This document shows, piece after piece, positions 17,195-25,971 of a DNA stretch of 64,000 nt (the stretch's first letter is position 1; every line of letters begins with the position of its first letter). The position numbers and the translations under genes are program-made. The DNA is taken from assembly GCA_040793985.1 (NCBI GenBank), contig JBFNJI010000046.1:226-64225 (forward strand). Direction: 5' to 3'. The notes beneath the pieces are model-generated. The model made no database searches and was not told the origin of the DNA. It saw nothing but the letters and a program-made list of their open reading frames with translations. The stretch is from Candidatus Thiodiazotropha sp. (GTDB taxonomy: Bacteria; Pseudomonadota; Gammaproteobacteria; Chromatiales; Chromatiaceae).

Positions 17195-20100
17195 ATGAGC
17201 CAGAACGACGAGAAACTCGATCAGCTCCACTCCACCGATCCCCACTATGAGGCGCATCTTGGTATCGCGGGGAGGACCGCTCGGTTCTTTATCCAGTCGC
17301 CGCTCTCGCCGCTCTTCTTCCTGGCCATGATGTTGATGGGGCTGTTGGGTCTGATCATAACGCCGCGTCAAGAGGACCCTCAGATCTCGGTACCGATGGT
17401 CGATATCTTCGTTCAATATCCGGGTGCCGCGGCGGATCAGGTGGCTGCATTGGCGATCGAGCCCCTGGAGCGCATCATGTCGGAGATTCCCGATGTGAAA
17501 CATGTCTACTCCGCCGCCCAACGCGGGGGCGGGGCGGTTACCATCGAGTTCGAGGTGGGGGAGGAGATGGGACCTTCCCTGGTCAAGGTTAACGACAAGA
17601 TCGATTCCAATATGGATCTGATCCCCCCCGGGGTGATGCCGCCGCTGGTGAAGGCCAAAGGTATCGATGATGTGCCGGTGGTGACCCTGACCCTCTGGTC
17701 GAAAGACCTGGATCGGGACGGAGCGCCCGATGTGGATGATGGCCAACTGCGAATGCTCGGCCACGATGTGCTGCAGGCCCTTAAGGAACTGCCCGACACA
17801 GGGAATGGTTTCGTGGTCGGTGGCAGAAGGGAGCAGGTTACCATCGAGGTATTCCCGGAACGGCTGGCGGGTTACGGGATAAGCCTTGATCATGTGGCAG
17901 ACACCATCCGCAAATCCAATGCTGAACAGCAGGCCGGTGGTGTGGAGGCGGGAAGCACCTACTCAAACGTGGTGACCGGTGCCTTCCTTAAGACCACTGA
18001 GGATATCAATCGCCTGGTGGTGGGTTCTCACAACGGGGTCGATGTCTATGTACACGACATCGCGCGGGTGAAACAGGGACCGGAGGATGCCAAGCAGCTG
18101 GTGGGTTACTACACGGGTGCCGCCAGCGATCTTGAGATAAAGGCGGACGGCGTGCCGGCGATCACCCTGGCAATAGCCAAGAAAGAGGGCTCCAACGGGG
18201 TTACCGTGGCCAATGCCATCAAGGATCGGGTTGAGCATATCAAGGGATCGCTGATCCCGGATAACGTGGAGGTCAGCGTCACCCGCAACTACGGCAAGAC
18301 AGCGGATGACAAGGTCAGCGAACTGATCTTCAAACTGTTTGTCGCCACCGGGTTCGTGTTTCTCCTGGTATTGGCGGCATTCCGCGCCTTCAGACCGGCG
18401 ATCGTGGTGGTGCTGGTGATCCCAGTGGTATTGCTGATGACCATCTTCAGCGCCTGGGTCATGGGTTACACCATCGACCGGGTCAGTCTTTTCGCGCTGA
18501 TCTTCTCCATCGGAATCCTGGTGGATGATGCCATCGTGGTGGTGGAGAATATCTATCGTCGCTGGTTGGAGGAGAAGTCCACCGATGTGGTCACTGCGGT
18601 TGACGCGGTGAGAGAGGTGGGTAATCCCACCATCCTGGCTACCTTTACCGTCATCGCTGCACTGCTGCCAATGGGATTCGTCAGTGGCATGATGGGTCCC
18701 TACATGGAACCGATCCCGGCACTGGGTTCGGTGGCGATGCTGATCTCCCTTTTCGCCGCATTTGTCTTTACCCCCTACCTCACGGTTTCTCACTGGTTGC
18801 GCCCCAGTATGCGCTATCTGGAGGTGGCCGGGGAGCGGGAGCACAAGGAGGCGGAGTGGCTGGAGCGCCTGTTCAAGCGCATCCTGATTCCGATGATCGA
18901 GTCACCCCGCAAGGCAAGACTTTTCAAACTGGTCATGTGGGGCACCTTCCTCGTCACCTGCTCCTTCTTCTACTTCAAATGGGTGGCGGTGAAGATGCTG
19001 CCCCTGGATAACAAGCCGGAATATTCGGTGGTGGTGGATATGCCGGAGGGGACGGCACTGCCGGTGACCGCCAACCTGGCGCATCGCATGGCGGAGAAGA
19101 TCCGCGTATTACCGGAGGTCACCGCGGTACAGGTCTATGCCGGAACCGCCCGGCCATTCGATTTCAACGGCATGGTCCGCCACTACTACCTGCGTTCCGA
19201 TCCCTGGCAGGCGGAAGTGCAGGTGCAGCTGCTGGATAAGACCGACCGTGATCGCACCAGTCACGAAATAGCGGTACAGACCCGGGAAATGTTGAGTGAT
19301 CTCATCAAGGGCACCGGCGCCAGAATATCGGTGGTTGAGATGCCTCCGGGGCCTCCGGTACTGCAATCTGTGGTTGCCGAAGTGCACGGGCCGAGTCCGG
19401 AGGTCAGGCGTCGGGTGGCGCAGGATCTGACCGACATATTCGAGCAGACTGAGAGCCTGCGCGACGTCGATAACTACATGCGCGATCCTTATCAATACTG
19501 GCGCTTCAACGTGGATACGGAAAAAGCGGTGCGGCGGGGAATCTCTGTCGATACCATCAATCGCAACCTTGGCATGGCCCTGGGCGGGGCCCTGGGCGAT
19601 GTCAAGCAGCGCGCCGGTCATGAACCGATCAATATAGTGATGCAGGTGCCGCTGGCCGAGCGATCGGAAATCACCCGCCTTGGCGACCTGCCGATCCAGT
19701 CGAGCAGCGGCATCACCGTACCTCTGCGCGAGCTCGGCCGATTCGAACAGGTATTCGAAGATCCGATCATCTATCACAAGGATCTGCGTGATGTGGAGTA
19801 CGTGGTAGCCGAGGTGGGCGGCAAACTTGCGGCGCCGGTCTACGGCATGCTGCAGGTGCAGGATATTCTGGCTGAGAGCGATTACAAGGCGCCGGATGGG
19901 GTCGCAATCTCTCCGAACTGGCTGGGTCCCCCGAAAAACGACTCCAATACCGGTATTGAATGGGCCGGCGAATGGACTGTGACCTTTGAGACCTTCCGCG
20001 ATATGGGGGCTGCATTTGCGGTGGCCCTGGTACTGATCTATATCCTGGTGGTCTGGGAGTTTGGCAACTTCCGCATTCCGGCACTGATCATGGCGCCCAT

Positions 20101-21325
20101 TCCACTGACACTGCTGGGCATAATTCCGGCCCATTTCCTCTTTTTCCAGGCCGGCTGGGGCGGCGAGTTCACTGCAACTTCGATGATCGGCTGGATCGCC
20201 CTGGCGGGCATCATCGTACGTAACTCGATTCTGCTGGTCGATTTCTCCATACATCAGGTACAGCAGGGCACCTCCGTGGTTGACTCCGTCATCATGGCCT
20301 GTAAGACCCGTACCCGCCCCATCATGATCACCGCTTTTGCCCTGGTGTGCGGTTCCTCAGTGATCTTTTTCGATCCGATTTTTCAGGGCATGGCCATATC
20401 CCTGGCATCCGGTGTACTCGTTTCCACCGTGCTTACCCTGATCGTGATACCCCTTGGATGTATAGCCGCGAGCAAGGATATCATCGAGGTGGCGGAAGCG
20501 ACCGCACCGGCCGGTAGCAGCTTGGCGGAGGATGGCAGGGGGCTCCCGGCAGCGGGGGAGGGGGCGATGGCCGCCGCATCAGGTGCCGCATCTGCATCCG
20601 AGGCTGCACCTAAGCGCACATCCTTACCCATGCTGGTCTGGGGTAGGGTGATTGCCGTTATCACCACACTCTTCTATCTGGTCAGAGGGGTTTTCCTGCT
20701 CTTATGGCAGATGTTAAGCGGGCTCTTTAGAAGAAAATCCCGGCAGCCTAATGTTACAAAGGCTGAGCTGACAGATAGCGGTTCAGGCGGCGGCACAGGC
20801 AGCGGTGGCGGAATGTCGGGGCCACAGAGTGGATCTCCACCGGCCTCAGATGAGGATGATGTCTCGGTAGCTGCGGCACCGAAAAGCCAGGAGGCTCCCC
20901 CTGTGGCAGCTGCAAAAGAGAGACCTGAAGCGTCTCCAAAGAAGGCGAATTCAACTCCCCCTTCAATGCCCGTGTCGGATCGGGCAACTGACAACCCGGG
21001 CGACCAGACCGATACACAAAAGCAAACCGCCAAATCCAAGCCGAAAAAGGCGGCAGTCGAGGCAAAACAGGCCAAAGCCGCAGAGAAGAGCAAGCCTGAA
21101 ACCGCAACTGCTCCCAAGAAACCGGCCGCAGCGAAACAGAAGAAACGTCCTTCAACGCTAAAGAAAAAGGTCGCGAAAAAGAAGGCTGCATCTGCCAAGC
21201 GCAAAGGTAATGGAGCACCTGAATCCACGCCTGCGAAGCCAGATCCGGCCCAAAAGCAGGCCTCCAATGTGACAGAATTTCCGATCCGCAGAAAGGTTGC
21301 GAGGAGGGGGATTAGACTCAAATAG
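17195..21325 (+). CDS. RND permease (AcrB/HAE1-like) with about 285-aa C-terminal extension
   Basis: PRQEDPQI, IGILVDDAIVVVENI, GIIVRNSILLVDF and RTRPIMITA motifs; Ala/Lys/Pro-rich tail. Confidence 0.95.
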   Translation: MSQNDEKLDQLHSTDPHYEAHLGIAGRTARFFIQSPLSPLFFLAMMLMGLLGLIITPRQEDPQISVPMVDIFVQYPGAAADQVAALAIEPLERIMSEIPDVKHVYSAAQRGGGAVTIEFEVGEEMGPSLVKVNDKIDSNMDLIPPGVMPPLVKAKGIDDVPVVTLTLWSKDLDRDGAPDVDDGQLRMLGHDVLQALKELPDTGNGFVVGGRREQVTIEVFPERLAGYGISLDHVADTIRKSNAEQQAGGVEAGSTYSNVVTGAFLKTTEDINRLVVGSHNGVDVYVHDIARVKQGPEDAKQLVGYYTGAASDLEIKADGVPAITLAIAKKEGSNGVTVANAIKDRVEHIKGSLIPDNVEVSVTRNYGKTADDKVSELIFKLFVATGFVFLLVLAAFRAFRPAIVVVLVIPVVLLMTIFSAWVMGYTIDRVSLFALIFSIGILVDDAIVVVENIYRRWLEEKSTDVVTAVDAVREVGNPTILATFTVIAALLPMGFVSGMMGPYMEPIPALGSVAMLISLFAAFVFTPYLTVSHWLRPSMRYLEVAGEREHKEAEWLERLFKRILIPMIESPRKARLFKLVMWGTFLVTCSFFYFKWVAVKMLPLDNKPEYSVVVDMPEGTALPVTANLAHRMAEKIRVLPEVTAVQVYAGTARPFDFNGMVRHYYLRSDPWQAEVQVQLLDKTDRDRTSHEIAVQTREMLSDLIKGTGARISVVEMPPGPPVLQSVVAEVHGPSPEVRRRVAQDLTDIFEQTESLRDVDNYMRDPYQYWRFNVDTEKAVRRGISVDTINRNLGMALGGALGDVKQRAGHEPINIVMQVPLAERSEITRLGDLPIQSSSGITVPLRELGRFEQVFEDPIIYHKDLRDVEYVVAEVGGKLAAPVYGMLQVQDILAESDYKAPDGVAISPNWLGPPKNDSNTGIEWAGEWTVTFETFRDMGAAFAVALVLIYILVVWEFGNFRIPALIMAPIPLTLLGIIPAHFLFFQAGWGGEFTATSMIGWIALAGIIVRNSILLVDFSIHQVQQGTSVVDSVIMACKTRTRPIMITAFALVCGSSVIFFDPIFQGMAISLASGVLVSTVLTLIVIPLGCIAASKDIIEVAEATAPAGSSLAEDGRGLPAAGEGAMAAASGAASASEAAPKRTSLPMLVWGRVIAVITTLFYLVRGVFLLLWQMLSGLFRRKSRQPNVTKAELTDSGSGGGTGSGGGMSGPQSGSPPASDEDDVSVAAAPKSQEAPPVAAAKERPEASPKKANSTPPSMPVSDRATDNPGDQTDTQKQTAKSKPKKAAVEAKQAKAAEKSKPETATAPKKPAAAKQKKRPSTLKKKVAKKKAASAKRKGNGAPESTPAKPDPAQKQASNVTEFPIRRKVARRGIRLK

Positions 21326-21429
21326 CATAAGCAGGGACTAAATCCCTGTGTTTTGCTGTCGAATACCTTAGCCTAGGCCCGGCATGGTTCCGATGGTCTA
21401 TACTCGTCTTGGTAATCTGGAGTGGTAGT

Positions 21430-22038
21430 TTGCGTATCGATGCAGCGCTATGGTTGGTCTTGATCGCCTGTCTGGTGGGGCTGGGTGAGCTCCTGGCAGG
21501 CCAGCCCTATGCCGATTTTCAGTTCCTCGAGCAATCCCAACAGAGGCCTGTTTATGGGGAAGACCGCTATCGTTGGCGTCCTTTGAACGAGGAACAGCAA
21601 GGGGAGTCGTCCACCAATCTGGTTCCCAATGTGATCGATAACGGGCGCTCCAATCGCCCACCGCCAATCATCGATTATGCCGAATCGCCCCCCGGTCTGC
21701 CTCGCGGTGTCTATCGGCCGGTCGAAAAGCGACACAACATCACTCCGCACATGGACGGGTATCGCTTTCGCACCCTAAGCCCGAGTGAGCAGCAACGCAT
21801 CAAACGACGGAATGAAGAGTACAGCCGTGCCTGGCAGCCGAACAGAAAGGAAACCAGCCAACAGTTATCATCCGAGCCCTATTACGGTTTCAAAACCGAT
21901 AGCCAGCAGGGTTACAGATTTCGCCCGGACAAGCGTTTGGAGAAACGGCAAGGTCGGAACTGGGGAGAGCCGGGCTCTTTTCCCAACGATCCGGCATTTA
22001 CCGAAGCCTATCCGGCTCAAATGTTCCGTCCGGATTAG
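21430..22038 (+). CDS. Secreted low-complexity protein with aromatic-R-x-R-P repeats
   Basis: Signal-peptide-like N-terminus; YRWRPL, VYRPV, YRFRTL, YRFRPD and MFRPD; start uncertain (TTG 21409 or TTG 21430). Confidence 0.75.
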   Translation: MRIDAALWLVLIACLVGLGELLAGQPYADFQFLEQSQQRPVYGEDRYRWRPLNEEQQGESSTNLVPNVIDNGRSNRPPPIIDYAESPPGLPRGVYRPVEKRHNITPHMDGYRFRTLSPSEQQRIKRRNEEYSRAWQPNRKETSQQLSSEPYYGFKTDSQQGYRFRPDKRLEKRQGRNWGEPGSFPNDPAFTEAYPAQMFRPD

Positions 22039-22296
22039 GTGTTGGCAAAGAACAACAGCCGTAAACCAGCGACCGATTCCGTTCGACACTACTGAAAAAC
22101 ATACACTAATGGTTTTGTAGAGGCCTGTTTACAGCTAAACTGTCTCCTAAATTGATAAAGCGTGAGGGATTTGCCAGCATTACGATCTTGGGGCCCTCTG
22201 AGCGCCTGGCGATTGCATCAGCTCTAGCTGCTGCGGTCTCGGGGGCTGTATCTATAAATATCGTTGTTAAACGGATCAACTTAACAGGTAACCCTG

Positions 22297-23511
22297 ATGA
22301 GAAAAAAGAGATTTGTGCTATTGATCCCCGGTATCCTCTTCACAATGCTGATGCCGTCGGCTTCGGCACTGGAGGGCAGTGCGCCAAGTTACAATCAATG
22401 GCGCCCCCTAGCGGATCGGAGCATGGCAGCGGAGTGGGCAGGGCGCCATCAGGGTCCGGTGCAGTCTATGAGTACAGCGCCCTGGAAGGGGGTGCAGCGC
22501 AATCCCAATCTGGATGGGCAGGCTTACCGCTTCAGGTCCTGGGGGGATGGAAAGACTCAACGCGCCCGTGTATCTATGCATGCAACACCAGGGTCTAACT
22601 ACGCGGCGTATCAGAACCGGCAATCTGTGAAGATAGCCCAAGAGGCCAGGTTTCAGATGCCCAGCTACGGTTACCAACAGCCACAACCTGCTGTCTACCC
22701 CAAACACCTCAATTGGCGACCTGTGTCTGCGGCACCTGGCACTGCCCCTGCCGCATATGGTGTTGACAACCGCTATCGCTTCAGACCCATGCAACGTACA
22801 GACAAGAGAACTGCCCCAGCGAGATGGACCTATCGGCCACTGCAGATCGATATACCAAATACCTATGTCTACCGTCCGCTCCGGGTGAACAAGCCAGCGA
22901 ACAGGGTAGATAGACATATACCGGCTCCACCGACCATGCCGCAGGTGTCGGGATACGGCTCCGGTAACAAGGATCCATACGCCTACGGTTTTGGTTACCT
23001 CGGTGCGCCTGCCCAGAGCTTGCCGTCGTCCGACTATCAACCACGCCAGCAGCCAGTCAACTATCACAACTACCGGTCGGCGGGTTCAGTTGCCGGGCAC
23101 CCGGGTTTCAATACCCATGCTTGGGGCTATCGGTTCCCACGAGACCGCTACTCACCTCGATATGCGATAAATATGCCGTTTAACAGTTACAGGTTCCGTC
23201 CACTGCGTCGACCGGGAGGGGAAAGATACCGTCATCGAGGCCCGCAGCCACCGCGTTATGCCATTAATCCTCCAGTTTATCCATCGACATTTTCACCATT
23301 GCCACCAACTCACGTCTATGCCTATCGGAGTTGGATGCCTCCCCTGGGATACCCCCATCCCGGAATGGAACAGGCATTGCGGCAGCCTGTCGCAACCAAT
23401 CGATTTGGAACCAACTGGTATGATGGTGAGGCAGATGGTGAAGGGGCATGGTATAAGCTGGCAGGAGAGCTGGAGTGGCCAAGGGTTTCGCACTTTTCAC
23501 CCGTGGAGTGA
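22297..23511 (+). CDS. Secreted Tyr/Arg/Pro/Gly-rich protein with about 10 YRFRP-like repeats
   Basis: Signal peptide MRKKRFVLLIPGILFTMLMPSASA; QWRPL, YRFRSW, NWRPV, YRFRPM, TYRPL, VYRPL, YRFPR, YRFRPL, YRHRGP. Confidence 0.82.
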   Translation: MRKKRFVLLIPGILFTMLMPSASALEGSAPSYNQWRPLADRSMAAEWAGRHQGPVQSMSTAPWKGVQRNPNLDGQAYRFRSWGDGKTQRARVSMHATPGSNYAAYQNRQSVKIAQEARFQMPSYGYQQPQPAVYPKHLNWRPVSAAPGTAPAAYGVDNRYRFRPMQRTDKRTAPARWTYRPLQIDIPNTYVYRPLRVNKPANRVDRHIPAPPTMPQVSGYGSGNKDPYAYGFGYLGAPAQSLPSSDYQPRQQPVNYHNYRSAGSVAGHPGFNTHAWGYRFPRDRYSPRYAINMPFNSYRFRPLRRPGGERYRHRGPQPPRYAINPPVYPSTFSPLPPTHVYAYRSWMPPLGYPHPGMEQALRQPVATNRFGTNWYDGEADGEGAWYKLAGELEWPRVSHFSPVE

Positions 23512-23604
23512 GGGGATGCAGAGAAGCTAACGAATATACAGGTGCTCACATATTCCCGGATGAAAGAGCGCCAGCTTCACCAAAAACATAATAAAGGGGA
23601 GTGT

Positions 23605-24240
23605 ATGATCACAGTAATCGGTAGTCTCAAAGGAGGATCGGGAAAAAGCACGGTGACCTTTAATCTTGCTGTCTGGTTGGAGATGGCGGAGGCGGAAGTA
23701 CTGGTCATAGATGCCGATCCTCAGGCGACGTTAAGCGATGTCTCAGAAGTGCGTGCAGAGGAAGGGTATGAGCCCTTGCTCAATATCAAAGACGCATCAG
23801 CGCTGTCGAGAAAGAAGCTCAGGGGTTATGATGAGGTTTTGATAGATGTTGGGACATCCGATATCGATGCGATGAAGTTGGCATTGGCACTGGCTGACCG
23901 GGTTGTGATACCGGTTCCGCCGTCTCAGGCCGATATCTGGTCGACTCAGCGTTTCATCAGCTTTCTCGATGATGCCGTGGATGGCGAACGTCCGGAGCTG
24001 CTGACTTTCATCAACCGGGCCGATACCCACCATGCGATCAGGGAGTCCGATGAGGCTGCTGCTGCACTGGTATCCTTGCCCGATGTCGATTTTATAAAGT
24101 ACCGTCTTTGCCAAAGGACGGTTTTTCGCAGGTCTTTCAGCGAGGGTCTGGCCGTCTATGAACTGGATCCGAGAGGAAAAGGCAGCAAAGAATTTTATGC
24201 ACTTACAGCTGCGCTGTATCCCAACTACATCAGTCAATGA
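23605..24240 (+). CDS. Short orphan ParA/MinD-family ATPase
   Basis: Deviant Walker A KGGSGKST, IDADPQA, LIDVG and VIPVPPS; no HTH and no adjacent parB; AGGGGAG RBS. Confidence 0.9.
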   Translation: MITVIGSLKGGSGKSTVTFNLAVWLEMAEAEVLVIDADPQATLSDVSEVRAEEGYEPLLNIKDASALSRKKLRGYDEVLIDVGTSDIDAMKLALALADRVVIPVPPSQADIWSTQRFISFLDDAVDGERPELLTFINRADTHHAIRESDEAAAALVSLPDVDFIKYRLCQRTVFRRSFSEGLAVYELDPRGKGSKEFYALTAALYPNYISQ

Positions 24241-24303
24241 GCGGGGGTTAGCTGCTGGGTTGTTTATGGGATATTCAATATCGAGTTTTCCTTGGAGAGA
24301 GAG

Positions 24304-24882
24304 ATGGGGATGATAAAAAATCTGTTAGCCTTGATTGGGTTGTTGGTTGTCTTAGCTGCGGCGGCTGTCTATGTAAAGTATGGCGATGTCTTGAAAGGCT
24401 GGGATCCTGGTGCGGGTGATACCTTCATGGAGTTTTCGCAGTTGCTGGCATCGACAAAGAATGCCGCCGAAGCGAGTGTCTGGAAAATACCCGTTGCGGA
24501 GGATCTCTCATGGGAGGATGTGGAAGAGACCATGAAATTTGTCGCCAACGAGCACAACATGGCCAATGTGGGCGAGCTGCCGTTGTACAAGGACATCGAG
24601 TCGAAATTGGGTACGGAGTATAGGTTTGTAAAGATCTATCTCTTCTGCGACTCACTGATCGCGGCCAAGATGCTCGACTACTCCGACGCCTATTCCGCCT
24701 ATCTGCCCTGTAGAATCACCCTGCTCGAGGATCATCAGGGCAAGCTCTGGTTAATGGCGCTGAATATGGACATGATGATATACGGCGGCAAGCCGCTTCC
24801 ACCCGAGCTCAAGGAACAGGCCCTGAAAGTTAAGGAATATATCCTCGATATAATGAATCGGGGTGCTAGCGGTGAGTTCTGA
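24304..24882 (+). CDS. DUF302 domain protein with N-terminal membrane anchor
   Basis: IYLFCD...YSAYLPCRITL motif of DUF302; hydrophobic N-terminus. Confidence 0.82.
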   Translation: MGMIKNLLALIGLLVVLAAAAVYVKYGDVLKGWDPGAGDTFMEFSQLLASTKNAAEASVWKIPVAEDLSWEDVEETMKFVANEHNMANVGELPLYKDIESKLGTEYRFVKIYLFCDSLIAAKMLDYSDAYSAYLPCRITLLEDHQGKLWLMALNMDMMIYGGKPLPPELKEQALKVKEYILDIMNRGASGEF

Positions 24883-24950
24883 GAACCTGTCCTGAGCCGG
24901 TATCGGGATGGCTCGGAGATGATTTGTTAACTTGTTGTAATTGTTATAAT

Positions 24951-24977
24951 AAAACCGGGCAATAGCCCGGTTTTTTT
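24951..24977 (+). terminator. Rho-independent terminator after the DUF302 gene
   Basis: AAAACCGGGC-AATA-GCCCGGTTTTTTT. Confidence 0.85.
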
Positions 24978-25106
24978 CGTGCCGGAGACAGGTCGCCGCC
25001 TGTGGTTTGTCTATAAGTATATTAGTAGATTTTGATTGTGATAAGCGGCTGCTATGCTACTATTTCATATGACCAAAATTAGAGAATTAGTATTAGGTCT
25101 TGCAAC

Positions 25107-25628
25107 ATGGTAGAAAAAAACGACCAGGATACTCAGAACGAACCGGCAGATGCGGGAGTTTCTGAGACCGATATCAGAAGTAGCCAGGACTCAATGGATC
25201 GCCTCTCAATGGCGTTCGAGACGAGTGCACGGCGTTGGGAGCTTATCGTCTATCCATCACTTTTTGCCTTCATCCTGTTGGCAGCCTATGGTTTCTATCT
25301 AATCTTCAGTCTGGCCAAGGATATCCATTTTCTCGCCTTGAGCGTCGATTCCAACATGAACGTGATGTCCAGCAACCTGATGACCATGACCGATAGTGTC
25401 AGCCAACTCTCCGCCAATGTGCGTACCATGGCCGTGAGTGTGGATTCGATGGCCCAGGATGTGAGAACCCTGCAACCCATGCTCACCAGTATGGATTCCA
25501 TGGAGGAGTCGATGAAGACCATGACTCACGCCACCTATAACATGCAGCGGGACATGCATTCGATGAATTACAATATCCATGATGTCTCGCGCCCTATGAC
25601 CTTCTGGAACTCATTTATGCCCTGGTGA
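25107..25628 (+). CDS. Single-pass membrane protein with Met-rich heptad coiled coil (paralogue of 8804..9370)
   Basis: SARRWELIVYP-TM-GFYLIF, Met-rich heptads, C-terminal RPMTFWNSFMPW. Confidence 0.85.
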   Translation: MVEKNDQDTQNEPADAGVSETDIRSSQDSMDRLSMAFETSARRWELIVYPSLFAFILLAAYGFYLIFSLAKDIHFLALSVDSNMNVMSSNLMTMTDSVSQLSANVRTMAVSVDSMAQDVRTLQPMLTSMDSMEESMKTMTHATYNMQRDMHSMNYNIHDVSRPMTFWNSFMPW

Positions 25629-25971
25629 TATGGGCTGAATCGGCCAGCATCGCTGATCCGGGATCTGACTTGCGCGTGCCGTGCTGGTGCCCATCAAAAC
25701 AACCCGTAGGGGCTATAGCGTTTTTCATCCCGATAAACCACATGCCTCTCTGAGCAGGTAATCAGTTACGGAGCATAAGTTCTCACCTCGATGCAGTCTC
25801 AAGAGGTAATTTTCCCGGTGGTGCAGTAATTTATTCCAGTCTATTTCTGATAATTATCCAGAATAGACTTATAATTCTTTGTATCAACAACCTTAACGCT
25901 CATAGGGTGACAAGTGTAACCTGCGATAAGGACATCAGTATCTACACGGACTTTTACCAGGTAAAGCGGCT

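Noticed and set aside
17189-21321. Several long minus-strand ORFs (234, 293, 381 and 215 aa) across the RND gene
   Set aside because: Antisense shadows of a GC3-rich gene
15909-21325. Interpretation as a CusBA/CzcBA heavy-metal pump because of Met-rich segments
   Set aside because: The TM4 motif is AcrB-like (GILVDDAIVVVEN), not the heavy-metal DFG..DGA type; not fully excluded
22118-22149. TAGAGGCCTGTTTACAGCTAAACTGTCTCCTA, resembling collapsed MITE ends (similar stub at about 15847-15877)
   Set aside because: Matches are short and imperfect and cannot be distinguished from chance without genome-wide counts
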